Positions 9,297-18,492 of a stretch of DNA of 36,454 bases are shown one piece after another. Below the pieces are notes generated by a model that was not told where the DNA came from, did not search any database, and saw only the letters and a list, made by a program, of their open reading frames with translations. The stretch's first letter is position 1. The number at the start of each line of letters is the position of its first letter. A program made the position numbers and the translations under genes. Origin of the DNA: Candidatus Rokuibacteriota bacterium (GTDB taxonomy: Bacteria; Methylomirabilota; Methylomirabilia; Rokubacteriales; DASRDR01); NCBI GenBank assembly GCA_044866005.1, contig JBIOTN010000205.1, forward strand, positions 1 to 36,454, read 5' to 3'.

Positions 9297-9698
9297 TCAC
9301 CCGCGGGCCACGCTCATCTGCTTGGCGCCGTCCCACTCGATCCGCTTCGCGACCTTGACGAAGTCCGTGAGGTCGCCGACGAGGCGCCCGACGCACGGCA
9401 CCGGGTGCACGCCGGCGGCGCCGCGCATCTGGGCCGGCCCGTACACGAAGCGGAGCCCGTTCCAGCCGGGCACGAACAGGATGTCGCCCGGGTACTGGAG
9501 CTGGGTGACGTTCTCGGGCCCGGACGGCTCGGGGATCTTCACCCAGAGCCGGAGCATGTTGCCGCTCCAGGCCACGTTCGTGACCGCGCCTTCCAGCGGC
9601 AGGCTGTCCCAGAGGGCCTGGCCGAGCTTCGGCGCCTTGTCGTCCAGGAGCCGGGCCGTGAGGGTGAGACCGTCGAACGCGATGCGCAGGCTCTTCAC
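9297..9698 (-). CDS. DUF3830-like cyclophilin-fold protein (paralog 3)
   Basis: ARLLDDKAPK...LPLEG...NVAWSG...YPGDILF...FVYG...EWDGAK. GGAGG RBS. Confidence 0.8.
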   Translation of the reverse strand: MKSLRIAFDGLTLTARLLDDKAPKLGQALWDSLPLEGAVTNVAWSGNMLRLWVKIPEPSGPENVTQLQYPGDILFVPGWNGLRFVYGPAQMRGAAGVHPVPCVGRLVGDLTDFVKVAKRIEWDGAKQMSVARG

Positions 9699-9716
9699 GG
9701 GCTCCTCCTGTTCCCG

Positions 9717-10145
9717 TCACGCCGTCCGGCGGATCACGAAGCGCTTGGCGCCCTCCCACTGGAGCCGGTCGGCCTTCCGGGCGAACTCCGTCAGGTCGCC
9801 CTCGATCATGGCGACCGGCGTCACGAACAAGGGCCCCGTCTCCCAGCAGAACCGGGAATCGCCGTAGGCCACGGCGAATTCCTTGGCCGGTCGGTAGTAG
9901 ACGACCTCGCCCGGGGCCTGGTAGGCGGACGGGCTCTCGATGTCGAAGGGCGGCATGCCGCCCGGCACCGGCAGGTCGATGGGCGTGTTGGTATGGAACA
10001 TCTGACCGGACCACTTGGCGTGGGTGACCCGGTCCTCGTAGGGGAGCGCGCCCCACATGAGCTCGCACGTCTTCGGCGAGCGCTCCTCCAGGAGACGCGC
10101 CGTCACCACCACCCCCTCCAGCTCGATCTCGATCTGCCGTGCCAT
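9717..10145 (-). CDS. DUF3830-like cyclophilin-fold protein (paralog 2)
   Basis: ATG at 10145 after GGAGGAGG. ARLLEERSPKTC...LPYE...HAKWSG...APGEVVYY...AYG...QWEGAK. Confidence 0.82.
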   Translation of the reverse strand: MARQIEIELEGVVVTARLLEERSPKTCELMWGALPYEDRVTHAKWSGQMFHTNTPIDLPVPGGMPPFDIESPSAYQAPGEVVYYRPAKEFAVAYGDSRFCWETGPLFVTPVAMIEGDLTEFARKADRLQWEGAKRFVIRRTA

Positions 10146-10168
10146 CGCGCCTCCTCCTCCGCGACCGG

Positions 10169-10594
10169 TCAGCCGCCGCTCCCGCGGTGAATGCGCACGA
10201 GCTTCGGGCCCTCGAAGATGATGCGGTCGGAGACCTTCACGAACGCCTCGAGGTTCTCGGTGAGGCGGCCGATGTGGGCGACCGGCAGGTCGCCGTCGAA
10301 GTCGCGCCACGCCGCCTGGCCGTAGGCCACGCCGATCTTGAAGAGGGTCCGCGGGGCGTCGTCGTAGTAGATGATGTCCCCGGCGGCCAGCACGGTCACG
10401 GGGTTCTCGACCTCGCCCAGCTCGAGGGGATAGTTCCGCTCGGTCCGCCAGGCAGCCCCGGACCAGCGCACCTGGATGGTCCGGTCCTCGATCGGGAGGA
10501 GCGCCCAGACCTTGGCCACCGTCCGGGGGGCGCGGTCGTCGAAGAGCCGCCCCCTCGCCACGACGCCATCGAGCTCGATGTGGATCTCGCGCAT
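10169..10594 (-). CDS. DUF3830-like cyclophilin-fold protein (paralog 1)
   Basis: RLFDDRAPRT...LPIE...QVRWSG...AAGDIIYY...AYG...IFEGPK. Confidence 0.8.
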   Translation of the reverse strand: MREIHIELDGVVARGRLFDDRAPRTVAKVWALLPIEDRTIQVRWSGAAWRTERNYPLELGEVENPVTVLAAGDIIYYDDAPRTLFKIGVAYGQAAWRDFDGDLPVAHIGRLTENLEAFVKVSDRIIFEGPKLVRIHRGSGG

Positions 10595-10621
10595 GGCGCG
10601 CTCGCTCCCTGGTTCCAGCCG

Positions 10622-11857
10622 CTACCCGGGTGCCGCGCCCTGGGTGTTGACGTAGACCGCGTAGAGCGACTGGCTCGCGGCCATGAACAGGCGGTTCCGC
10701 TTGGGGCCGCCGAAGCAGACGTTGCCGCAGACCTCGGGCAGACGGATGCGCCCGATCAGCCGGCCCGCCGGCGTCCAGACGGTCACGCCGCTGTACCCGA
10801 CGGCGCGGCCCGCATTGCTCGAACACCATAAATTCCCGTCCACGTCGCAGCGGACCCCGTCCGGCCCGCACTTCACGCCGTCGACCATGAAGTCGGTGAA
10901 CAGCTTCTGGTTGGAGAGCCTGTTGTCGGGTTCGACGTCGAAGACGTGCAGGTCGCCCTTGCCCCCCGCTCCGGTGTCGCCCGGCCCCTTGCCCGTGCTG
11001 ACGACGTAGAGCTTCCTGTAGTCCGGCGAGAAGGCGAGCCCGTTCGGATCCGGGACCTGATCCTCGCGGACCACCAGGTCCACCCTCCCGCTCGGGTCCA
11101 CGCGGTAGACGTTGGTCGGCAGCTCGCGCTTCAACCCGCCGATCTCCGCGGGCTGGCCGGGCCGGGGCTTGAGCCGGCCCCCCGTGTTGCTCGGCCCGCC
11201 GGGGGCGTCCGGCGCGCCCTCGTAGAGCTGCCCGCCGTACGGAGGGTCGGTGAACCAGTAGCTGCCGTCCGGGTGGGGGACGACGTCGTTGGGCGAGTTG
11301 AGCCGCTTGCCGTCGTACGCGTCCGCGATCACGGTCACCGCGCCGTCGAGCTCGTAGCGGACCACCCGTCGGGTCAGGTGCTCGCAGGAGAGCTGGCGGC
11401 CCTGAAAGTCGAAGGTGTTGCCGTTGCTGTTGTTGGAGGGCCTGCGGAAGACGCTCACGCGACCGTTGTCTTCCAGCCAGCGGAGCTGCCGGTTGTTGGG
11501 GATGTCGCTCCACACGAGATAGCGACCCTGGCCGTTCCAGGCCGGTCCCTCCGACCACAGCGCGCCGGTCCACAACCGCTGGATCGCGCTGTTGGGCTGC
11601 GCGTAGCTGTTGAACAGCGGATCGACGCTGATGATGTCCGGGTCCGTGAAGTAGGTGGTCGGCGGCGCGTGGGGACCGAAATCGCGGGGTGGGCTGGTGA
11701 CGGTGCTGGGCGGTGCGGCGGGTCCGCCGGCCGGCGCCTGGGCCCGGGCGACGCCGGGCACGACGGCCGCGGCCGCGGCGACCGCCCCGATCCCCTTGAG
11801 CAGCACGCGCCGCGACACCACGCTGCCGTGTTCTCGACGCCACGCGTCTCGGCTCAT
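10622..11857 (-). CDS. SMP-30/gluconolactonase/LRE family protein with Tat signal
   Basis: SRRVLLKG twin-arginine motif; WSEGPAW, WSDIPNN, LNSPND, FTDPPYG, PNGLAFSPD, PDGVRCDVDG. Confidence 0.93.
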   Translation of the reverse strand: MSRDAWRREHGSVVSRRVLLKGIGAVAAAAAVVPGVARAQAPAGGPAAPPSTVTSPPRDFGPHAPPTTYFTDPDIISVDPLFNSYAQPNSAIQRLWTGALWSEGPAWNGQGRYLVWSDIPNNRQLRWLEDNGRVSVFRRPSNNSNGNTFDFQGRQLSCEHLTRRVVRYELDGAVTVIADAYDGKRLNSPNDVVPHPDGSYWFTDPPYGGQLYEGAPDAPGGPSNTGGRLKPRPGQPAEIGGLKRELPTNVYRVDPSGRVDLVVREDQVPDPNGLAFSPDYRKLYVVSTGKGPGDTGAGGKGDLHVFDVEPDNRLSNQKLFTDFMVDGVKCGPDGVRCDVDGNLWCSSNAGRAVGYSGVTVWTPAGRLIGRIRLPEVCGNVCFGGPKRNRLFMAASQSLYAVYVNTQGAAPG

Positions 11858-12185
11858 GCCTCACCTCCTGGGGCGGACTTCACAGGACGAGGACCCGCGT
11901 TCCCGGGGACCAGGCGGCGTCCTCCCCGCGCCCCGAGCGGGCCCGGCGGGAGGGCCGCGCCGCGGCGCCGGAAGACCGGCGCGACGGTCGTCCCTGTGAG
12001 GAGAGCCACCCGCGGGAGGAGCTTGTTCAGAACGAGCCGGACGCGTCTCGGCGCCATCGGGCGTGCTCGGACTACAGCATGTTTCTGGACGAGGCGCAAG
12101 CGGACGCCGCCAGCGGGCCGGCGCCGGCGTGGGCGCCCGTGCCGTGACCGGGCGGCGACGCGGCTCCGGGCCGCCGGCAAGCGCA

Positions 12186-12215
12186 TTGACAAGCCTCGCG
12201 GTGGGGGTATAGGGT
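12186..12215 (+). promoter_or_regulatory. Putative sigma70-type promoter
   Basis: TTGACA-N18-TAGGGT. Confidence 0.5.
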
Positions 12216-12380
12216 TCCGACCCGCCAGCGTGGGTCAGCCTCTGTCCGAGGAGGAGACCGAGGCGCTCGCGCGCTACCTGGCAAGCCTTCTACCCGCGGC
12301 GCGTCCGCGAGGGCCGGCATCGGCCCGTCCCGACGCGTCGCCTCGCATCGACCGGCCGTGGCGTGAGGGAGGGAGACCCC

Positions 12381-13070
12381 GTGACTGGAACGAAAGCGCT
12401 CCTGGTGGCGGTAACGTGCTGTCTGGGTGTGGCGTGCCTGGCGGCCGAAGCGGCCGCGGCCCAGCGGATCAACGCATGCACCACGATCACCCAGTCCGGG
12501 CCCTACGCGCTGACCCGGAACCTGACCGCGACCGGCGACTGCATCATCGTGGCGACCGACTTCGTCACCATCGATCTCGCCGGCTTCACCCTCACCGGCA
12601 ACGGGACGGGGACCGGAATCAGGGCCAGCGGCCTCGTCAACCAGAAAGGGATCGTCGTTCGTGACGGGATGGTCGTGAACTTCAACCGCGGGGTCGACCT
12701 GAGCAACATCCTCGATGCCGTGATCGAGCGGGTCTACGCGGTCGACAACGTCGAGGTCGGCATCTTCGGCGGTGACTTCAGCACCCTGAACCGCAATGTC
12801 GCCCGCGGCGGCGTCAACGGCGTCATCGGCCTCCACGGGAGCATCGTCACGGGCAACATCATCGCCGGGGCGAGCGCGAACGGGCTGGTGGTGGACGGCG
12901 GCGGCCTCGCTACCGGCAACAATGCCCGGGGCAACGGCGGGGCGGGAATCTTCGTCACCTGTCCCACGAACGTCATCGGGAACACCGCGACCCTGAACTC
13001 GGGCGGCAACCTCGTCCTGAACCCGGCCACGCCGACGGGGTGTAACCTCAGCGACAACGTCGCGCCGTAG
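12381..13070 (+). CDS. Secreted right-handed parallel beta-helix repeat protein
   Basis: GTG at 12381 after GAGGGAGGGAG, signal peptide, CTTITQSGPYALTRNL...TIDLAGFTLTG, and recurring G-N-x(3)-N turns. Confidence 0.8.
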   Translation: MTGTKALLVAVTCCLGVACLAAEAAAAQRINACTTITQSGPYALTRNLTATGDCIIVATDFVTIDLAGFTLTGNGTGTGIRASGLVNQKGIVVRDGMVVNFNRGVDLSNILDAVIERVYAVDNVEVGIFGGDFSTLNRNVARGGVNGVIGLHGSIVTGNIIAGASANGLVVDGGGLATGNNARGNGGAGIFVTCPTNVIGNTATLNSGGNLVLNPATPTGCNLSDNVAP

Positions 13071-13165
13071 CCCGGGGACGGCGCCGGCTCGCCTGAACGC
13101 GCGCCCGGCCTTGACGGGCCGGCGCGGCCCGTGATACGGCCTGGAGACAGACCACCCGGGACCGG

Positions 13166-14557
13166 ATGCCGACCTTCGCCGAGGCGCTGGCCACCTTCGC
13201 TGCCGGACTGTCACCGTCCGCGCTTCCGCCCGAGGTGGCCGAGCAGGCCCATCGGCTCCTCGTGGACACGGTCGGCGTGACGCTGGCCGCCGTCCCGGAA
13301 GACTTCGCCCGGAGCGCCCGGGACGTCGTCCAGGGCCTCGGCGGCCCGCCGGAGGCGACGGTGTGGGGCGCCTCGGAACGCGTCGGGATGGGTGCGGCCG
13401 TCCTGGCCAACGGGACGCTCGCCCACGGCCTGGACTTCGACGACACGCTCGAGGAGGCCATCGTCCATACCGGCTGCTGCTGCGTCACCGCGGCGCTCGC
13501 CGTGGGAGAAGCGCGCCACGCCTCCGGCGCGGCCGTCCTGACGGCCATCGCGGCGGGCGTGGAGGTGATGGCCACGGTGGGCCTGGTGTGTCCGGGCACC
13601 TTCCATCGCCGGGGCTTTCACCCCACGGCGCTCTGCGGCCCGTTCGGCGCCGCCGCGGCGGCGGGCGCGCTCCTCGGCCTGAGCCCCGCGCAACTCACCC
13701 AGGCCTTCGGACTCTGCGGCAGCCAGGCCAGCGGCATCATCGAGTATCTGACGGACGGCTCGTGGAGCAAGCGACTGCACGCGGGCTGGGCCGCCCACTC
13801 GGGCCTGGTGGCGGCCTTGCTGGCGCGGGCGGGCTTCGGCGGCCCGCGGACCGTCTTCGAGGGCAGCCACGGGTTCTATCGCGCCTTCGGCGGCGAGGTG
13901 CCCGATCCCGGTCGCCTCGCCTCGCTCGCGGATGGCCTCGGCCGGGACTGGGCGATCCTGCGCCTGATGTTCAAGGCCTACCCGTGCGGCTCCATCAACC
14001 AGCCCTACATGGACTGCGCGGCGCGGATCCGGTCAACGCCGGGCTTCGACCCGGCGGCGATCCGCGAGGTCGTCTGCCGGACGGCGGAGGGGCCCGTGCA
14101 CCGGCTCTGGGAGCCGCTGGCGGAGAAGCGTCGGCCCGCCACCGGGTACGGCGCGAAGTTCAGCCTCCCCTACTGCCTCGCACTCGTCCTGGTGGAGGGC
14201 GAGGCGCGGGTGGAAGGGTTCAGCGAGGCGAAGATCCGGGACCCGCGCCTCCTCGCCCTGGCGGAGAAGGTCCGTTACGTCGTGGACCCGACCTTGCCGT
14301 ACCCGCGGCGGTTCACCGGGCACGTCCAGGTGACGCTGGCGGACGGCCGGGTGCTGGAAGAGAGTCAGGATGCGCCGCGGGGCGGGCCCGAGCAGCCGCT
14401 CGGCCGCGAGGAGCTGCGGGCGAAGTTCCGGGCGAACGCGGCGCGAGCGCTCCCGCCCCGGCAGGTCGAGGAGCTGCTCGAGCGGCTCACCGCGATCGCG
14501 AGCGAGTCGGACGTCGGCGCCACCGCGTCGGCGCTGCGAGGCGAGCACGTGACATGA
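13166..14557 (+). CDS. MmgE/PrpD family protein
   Basis: NGTLAHGLDFDD, GFHPT, KRLHAGWAA, FKAYPCG, AKFSLPY. Confidence 0.93.
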   Translation: MPTFAEALATFAAGLSPSALPPEVAEQAHRLLVDTVGVTLAAVPEDFARSARDVVQGLGGPPEATVWGASERVGMGAAVLANGTLAHGLDFDDTLEEAIVHTGCCCVTAALAVGEARHASGAAVLTAIAAGVEVMATVGLVCPGTFHRRGFHPTALCGPFGAAAAAGALLGLSPAQLTQAFGLCGSQASGIIEYLTDGSWSKRLHAGWAAHSGLVAALLARAGFGGPRTVFEGSHGFYRAFGGEVPDPGRLASLADGLGRDWAILRLMFKAYPCGSINQPYMDCAARIRSTPGFDPAAIREVVCRTAEGPVHRLWEPLAEKRRPATGYGAKFSLPYCLALVLVEGEARVEGFSEAKIRDPRLLALAEKVRYVVDPTLPYPRRFTGHVQVTLADGRVLEESQDAPRGGPEQPLGREELRAKFRANAARALPPRQVEELLERLTAIASESDVGATASALRGEHVT

Positions 14558-14570
14558 GAGGAGGACGGAC

Positions 14571-15596
14571 ATGAGACAGCGAGGATTCAGGGCGCTCCTG
14601 GCCGGCACGGCGCTGGCGCTCGGGCTCACCACCCCGGCCCCGGCCGCCGAGCAGGCCGTCATGGACGCCGCCAAGAAAGAAGGGAAGGTCGTCTGGTACT
14701 CGTCCCTCGGCCTGTCGGTGGCGCAGGGCGTCTGCGACGCCTTCAACAAGCGGAACCTCGGCGTCACGTGCGAGCTGACCCGCGACGGCTCGCAGCGCAT
14801 CTTCCAGAAGGTGATGCAGGAGGCGTCGGCCGGGCTCGCCATCGCCGACGTGGTCCACACCTCCGACATCTCGCACTTCCTCGACTTCACCCAGAAGGGC
14901 ATGCTGACGCGGTACGTGCCCGCCGGGGCCGACAAGTTCCGGAGCGACTTCCGGGACCGGGACGGCTTCTACACGATCCTGCGCGGCACGCCCTACGTCA
15001 TCGCCTACAACACGCAGAAGGTGAACAAGGCGGAGGCGCCCAAGCGCTGGCGGGATCTCGCCGACGCGCGCTGGAAGGGCAAGCTGGTCCACGCGCACCC
15101 CGGCTACAGCGGGGTCGTCTTGACCGGGATGACCGGGCTGCTCCGCGTCCTGGGCGGCTGGGACTACTACGCCGCGCTCGCCAAGAACAACCCGCTCGTG
15201 GTCCAGTCGGCCGAGGACCCGCCCATGAAGCTGGCCGGCGGCGAGGCCTGGGTCGGAGCGGCGGGCGAGTACAACTTCTACCGCACCGCCAAGAAGGGGA
15301 ACCCGATCGAGATCGTCTTCCCGGAGGAAGGCACGCCCTTCGTGGCCTCCGCCAACGCGATCCTGGCGAAGGCGCCGCACCCCAACGCGGCGAAGGTCTT
15401 CACCGACTTCCTCTTCGACAAGGAGGCCCAGCAGCTTCTCGCCAACGACGGTCTCTACGTGCCGAACGAGGCGGTCACCTACCCGAAGGACAAGCGGCCG
15501 CTCAAGGATCTGCGGATCATCAAGGTCGAGCCGGAGGAGATGCAGAAGCGGGACGAGGAGATCAAGGAGAAGTTCCGGGAGCTGTTCGGGGTGTAG
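14571..15596 (+). CDS. ABC substrate-binding protein (AfuA/FbpA-like Fe3+/anion/polyamine cluster), orphan
   Basis: Signal peptide; AAKKEGKVVWYSS, IAYNT, PKRWRDL, APHPNAAKVFTDFL. Confidence 0.88.
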   Translation: MRQRGFRALLAGTALALGLTTPAPAAEQAVMDAAKKEGKVVWYSSLGLSVAQGVCDAFNKRNLGVTCELTRDGSQRIFQKVMQEASAGLAIADVVHTSDISHFLDFTQKGMLTRYVPAGADKFRSDFRDRDGFYTILRGTPYVIAYNTQKVNKAEAPKRWRDLADARWKGKLVHAHPGYSGVVLTGMTGLLRVLGGWDYYAALAKNNPLVVQSAEDPPMKLAGGEAWVGAAGEYNFYRTAKKGNPIEIVFPEEGTPFVASANAILAKAPHPNAAKVFTDFLFDKEAQQLLANDGLYVPNEAVTYPKDKRPLKDLRIIKVEPEEMQKRDEEIKEKFRELFGV

Positions 15597-15643
15597 CCGC
15601 GCGGCGCGCCCGCCCGGCCGCGGGCCGTGAGGAGGAGGCCGTC

Positions 15644-16039
15644 GTGACGAACGAGACCCCGCAGATCGTCCACGTGTCGCTCCGTGTCCGCGACCTGGAC
15701 GCCTCCACGCGGTTTTACCAGCACGTCTTCGGGTTCCGGCACGTGGGGGACACCCGGTCGAAGGACCACGTCTCCCGCCACCTGACGGACGGCGTCATCG
15801 ACCTGGCGCTCATGGAGTATCCCGGCGACCGGGACCGCGTCGAGGGGCCGGCCCCCGGCGCGGTCCCCGGCATCCACCACTTCGGCGTCGCCGTGGCCGA
15901 TCTCGACGCCTGGACCCGACGCGTCCGCGACGCGGGCGGCGAGCTCCTCACGCCCGCCGGCCAGGTCCCGGTCAAGTTCCGCGACCCCGACGGGGTCATC
16001 TGCGAGCTCGTCCCCTTCGGCCGCTACGAGGTCAGCTGA
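15644..16039 (+). CDS. VOC/glyoxalase family protein
   Basis: GTG after GGAGGAGG; HVSLRVRDLDASTRFY, HHFGVAV, FRDPDGVICEL. Confidence 0.9.
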   Translation: MTNETPQIVHVSLRVRDLDASTRFYQHVFGFRHVGDTRSKDHVSRHLTDGVIDLALMEYPGDRDRVEGPAPGAVPGIHHFGVAVADLDAWTRRVRDAGGELLTPAGQVPVKFRDPDGVICELVPFGRYEVS

Positions 16040-16061
16040 GCCGTGCCGTACGGAAGCCAGG

Positions 16062-16091
16062 TTGACAGGCATCAGGGCAAGTCCGTAGGAT
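16062..16091 (+). promoter_or_regulatory. Putative sigma70-type promoter
   Basis: TTGACA-N18-TAGGAT. Confidence 0.55.
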
Positions 16092-16132
16092 AGTCCGGTC
16101 CGAGCCAGTGTCCGGGCTCAGGGAGGACGCCC

Positions 16133-17434
16133 ATGCCCGTGCTGGGGCGCCGGACAATTCTCCGACCCCCCCTGCTGCGACTTCTGGCCGCCGGAGTGCT
16201 CGCCGGCGGCTGCGCCGCCGAGCTTCACGGTCGCGCCGACGTTCTGACCCCGCCCGAGCTCACGGCGGCGCCGCCCGAGATCCCGGTCCGGGTGGGCTAC
16301 TACCTGGGCCCGGCCGTGCGTGACTATCACACGGTCTTGGGGGGGCTCCGTTTCGACATCGGCCTGCGGCTGGCCGCCGAAGTGGACGAGCACTTCCGGC
16401 GCAGCTTTCGGGCGGTGACCCCGCTCTATCGCGTCCCGGCCGAGGCGTCCGCCGCGGAGGGCGTCGACCTGGTCATCGTGGTCGGCCAGCCGACGGGCAC
16501 GTGGAAGAGCGGGGGCGCGAGCGGGGACATCAAGCTGCGCGTCCCGTTCTCGATCCAGGGCGTGGACGGGCGGCGGCTGGGCGAGAAGGTCGAGGAAAGC
16601 GAGCTCCACGCCGTCTTCGGGTCGCTGAACCCAGCCGAGAACATCGAGAAGGCCCACGAAGCCGTCCGCGTGGTCTCGCGCGCGGTGGTGCTCCAGTTCC
16701 TGCGCAGCTTGCGGCAGGAGACGGCACTGGTGTCACCCCCGCCGAGCGCGGGGGGCGAGCGGCGAGGGACGACGGCACAGGACGCCGAGCGGAAAGCGCG
16801 CGAAGAAGCGGAGCAGATCGCGAGGTCCCGCGCCGACGCGGAGCGGGCGGCGCGGGAACGGGCGGCGGAAGCAGCGAAGGCACGGGTAGCGGCGCTTCGG
16901 GCGGCCCAGGCACAGGCGGAACGCGAGGCGAAGGCGGAGGCCTCGGGTCTGGCCGGCGCGGACTGGACGCGGCGCCGGCTCCTGGCCGACGAGGCGATGG
17001 CCCGAGCGGCCCAGGCCGAGGCGCGCGGCGAGGGCGCCGGCGCCCTCGGCGCGTATCACCGCGCGTGGCTCCTGGTCTACCGGGACGAGGACGAGGCGCT
17101 GCGCGGAAAGGTCGAGGAGGCCATCTCACGGCTCTACGCGCGGCTCCAGGAAAAGCCGCCGGTGGCCGAGGCGGCGCGGCGGTACGCGGTGCAGGGTGAC
17201 GCCTACTTCGACGCCCGGCGCTTCGACGAGGCGGCGACGGCCTATACGCGCCTCCTCGCCGTCGCCCCCTGGCACGCGGTCGGCCGCTACAACCTGGCCC
17301 TGGCCCTCGCGGCGCAGGAGCGCTACGCCGAGGCGATCGCGGAGATGCGGCGGTTTCTGAAGCTCGTCCCCGACGGGGCGACGGCCCGAGCGGCCCAGGA
17401 CACCATCTACAAGTGGGAGACCCAGCTCCGTTGA
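16133..17434 (+). CDS. Putative lipoprotein: N-terminal alpha/beta domain, charged coiled coil, C-terminal TPR module
   Basis: GGAGG RBS, LAGGC lipobox, AERKAREEAEQ helix, TPR pattern GDAYFDARRFDEAATAYTRLLAVAP...YNLALALAAQERYAEAI. Confidence 0.85.
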   Translation: MPVLGRRTILRPPLLRLLAAGVLAGGCAAELHGRADVLTPPELTAAPPEIPVRVGYYLGPAVRDYHTVLGGLRFDIGLRLAAEVDEHFRRSFRAVTPLYRVPAEASAAEGVDLVIVVGQPTGTWKSGGASGDIKLRVPFSIQGVDGRRLGEKVEESELHAVFGSLNPAENIEKAHEAVRVVSRAVVLQFLRSLRQETALVSPPPSAGGERRGTTAQDAERKAREEAEQIARSRADAERAARERAAEAAKARVAALRAAQAQAEREAKAEASGLAGADWTRRRLLADEAMARAAQAEARGEGAGALGAYHRAWLLVYRDEDEALRGKVEEAISRLYARLQEKPPVAEAARRYAVQGDAYFDARRFDEAATAYTRLLAVAPWHAVGRYNLALALAAQERYAEAIAEMRRFLKLVPDGATARAAQDTIYKWETQLR

Positions 17435-17460
17435 CAACCCCTAGGTGTAAGCCCTAAGAT
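17431..17460 (+). promoter_or_regulatory. Putative sigma70-type promoter overlapping the upstream stop codon
   Basis: TTGACA-N18-TAAGAT; the TGA stop of 16133..17434 lies inside TTGACA. Confidence 0.6.
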
Positions 17461-17488
17461 CATCGCGTTCGTCGCCTGGGAGGCCGCC

Positions 17489-18394
17489 ATGTCCGTGCCG
17501 AGGTCAGCGATCCGGTGTGCCGTCGCAGTCGTGCTGGTGGTCGCGGTCGGCACTCTCCCCGCCTATGCCCAGAGCGTTCCGGCGGTTGGGCCAAGCCATT
17601 GCGTGGCGTACTGCGGGAGCGCCGCCAGCGGTGGCGGGGGCGGCGTGGGCGGCGGCGGCGTCGGGATGATGGGCCCGGCCATGATGGGCCTCGGGATTCT
17701 CCTGAACGTCCTGCCGCACCTCCTCGAGAAGAATGCGAACGCCACGCCCGCAGCGCCACCGCCGGATCCTTCAAGCCCCGGCGCGGGTCGGTTGGACCCG
17801 GACGAGTGGAAGGATTACTGGAAACAGGAGCGCGAGCGGAAACAGAGAGAAGAGGCGGAGCGGCAGCAGCGTGAGGTGCGAATCGCGAAGGAAGCCGAGG
17901 TCGGCACGTTCATGCAGTACGCCGACAACTCGAGCGCCGCCGGCGATGTCGAGTCCGAGATCGTGTTCATCAAGCGCGCCCTCGCCGTCGAGCCCGGGAA
18001 CCCTGACCTCGAGACGTGGCTGAAGTTCCGGCTGAAGTGGGCGGAAGAGGAGCAGGCGAAGCGGGCGGCCGCCTTCGACAAGAAGTACGAGCACTACATG
18101 GAGCACCGGCGACTGTTCCAGGAGGACTTCGTCCGGCCCGTCTGGGGGAACGACTCTCCCGCCCTCAAGGCGGTCGAGCCGGGCGGCACCGACGTCGTCG
18201 GTGCCAGGCCCGAGGTCATCAATGCTCGGTCCGTGGACGCTCAGGTCCCGCAGCGCCTGAGGCCCGAGGACCTCCAGACCGGTCCCCAGGGACAGGGCCG
18301 CATGCCGACCGGGCGAATCCAGCGGCCGGGCCTGCTGGACCAGGTGCAGCGCCTGCAGTCGACGGATCCCAGCACGGTCTTCCCCAAGCCGTGA
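17489..18394 (+). CDS. Exported hypothetical protein with Gly-rich linker, charged coiled coil and one TPR-like repeat
   Basis: GGAGG RBS, signal peptide ending AYA, CVAYC motif, AAGDVESEIVFIKRALAVEPGNP. Confidence 0.75.
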   Translation: MSVPRSAIRCAVAVVLVVAVGTLPAYAQSVPAVGPSHCVAYCGSAASGGGGGVGGGGVGMMGPAMMGLGILLNVLPHLLEKNANATPAAPPPDPSSPGAGRLDPDEWKDYWKQERERKQREEAERQQREVRIAKEAEVGTFMQYADNSSAAGDVESEIVFIKRALAVEPGNPDLETWLKFRLKWAEEEQAKRAAAFDKKYEHYMEHRRLFQEDFVRPVWGNDSPALKAVEPGGTDVVGARPEVINARSVDAQVPQRLRPEDLQTGPQGQGRMPTGRIQRPGLLDQVQRLQSTDPSTVFPKP

Positions 18395-18492
18395 CCCAGC
18401 GGCGGGCGGTCGCGTCGCGCTCCGTCGCCACGAGCTGAGGCAAGCCGAGCCGGGCACCGTTCTTTCACCTGCGCCGCGGCCGCGACCGCGAG

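Noticed and set aside
11854..12057. Minus-strand ORF MAPRRVRLVLNKLL... whose stop overlaps the lactonase ATG
   Set aside because: No clear RBS or recognisable motif and low-complexity composition; the overlap may be coincidental.
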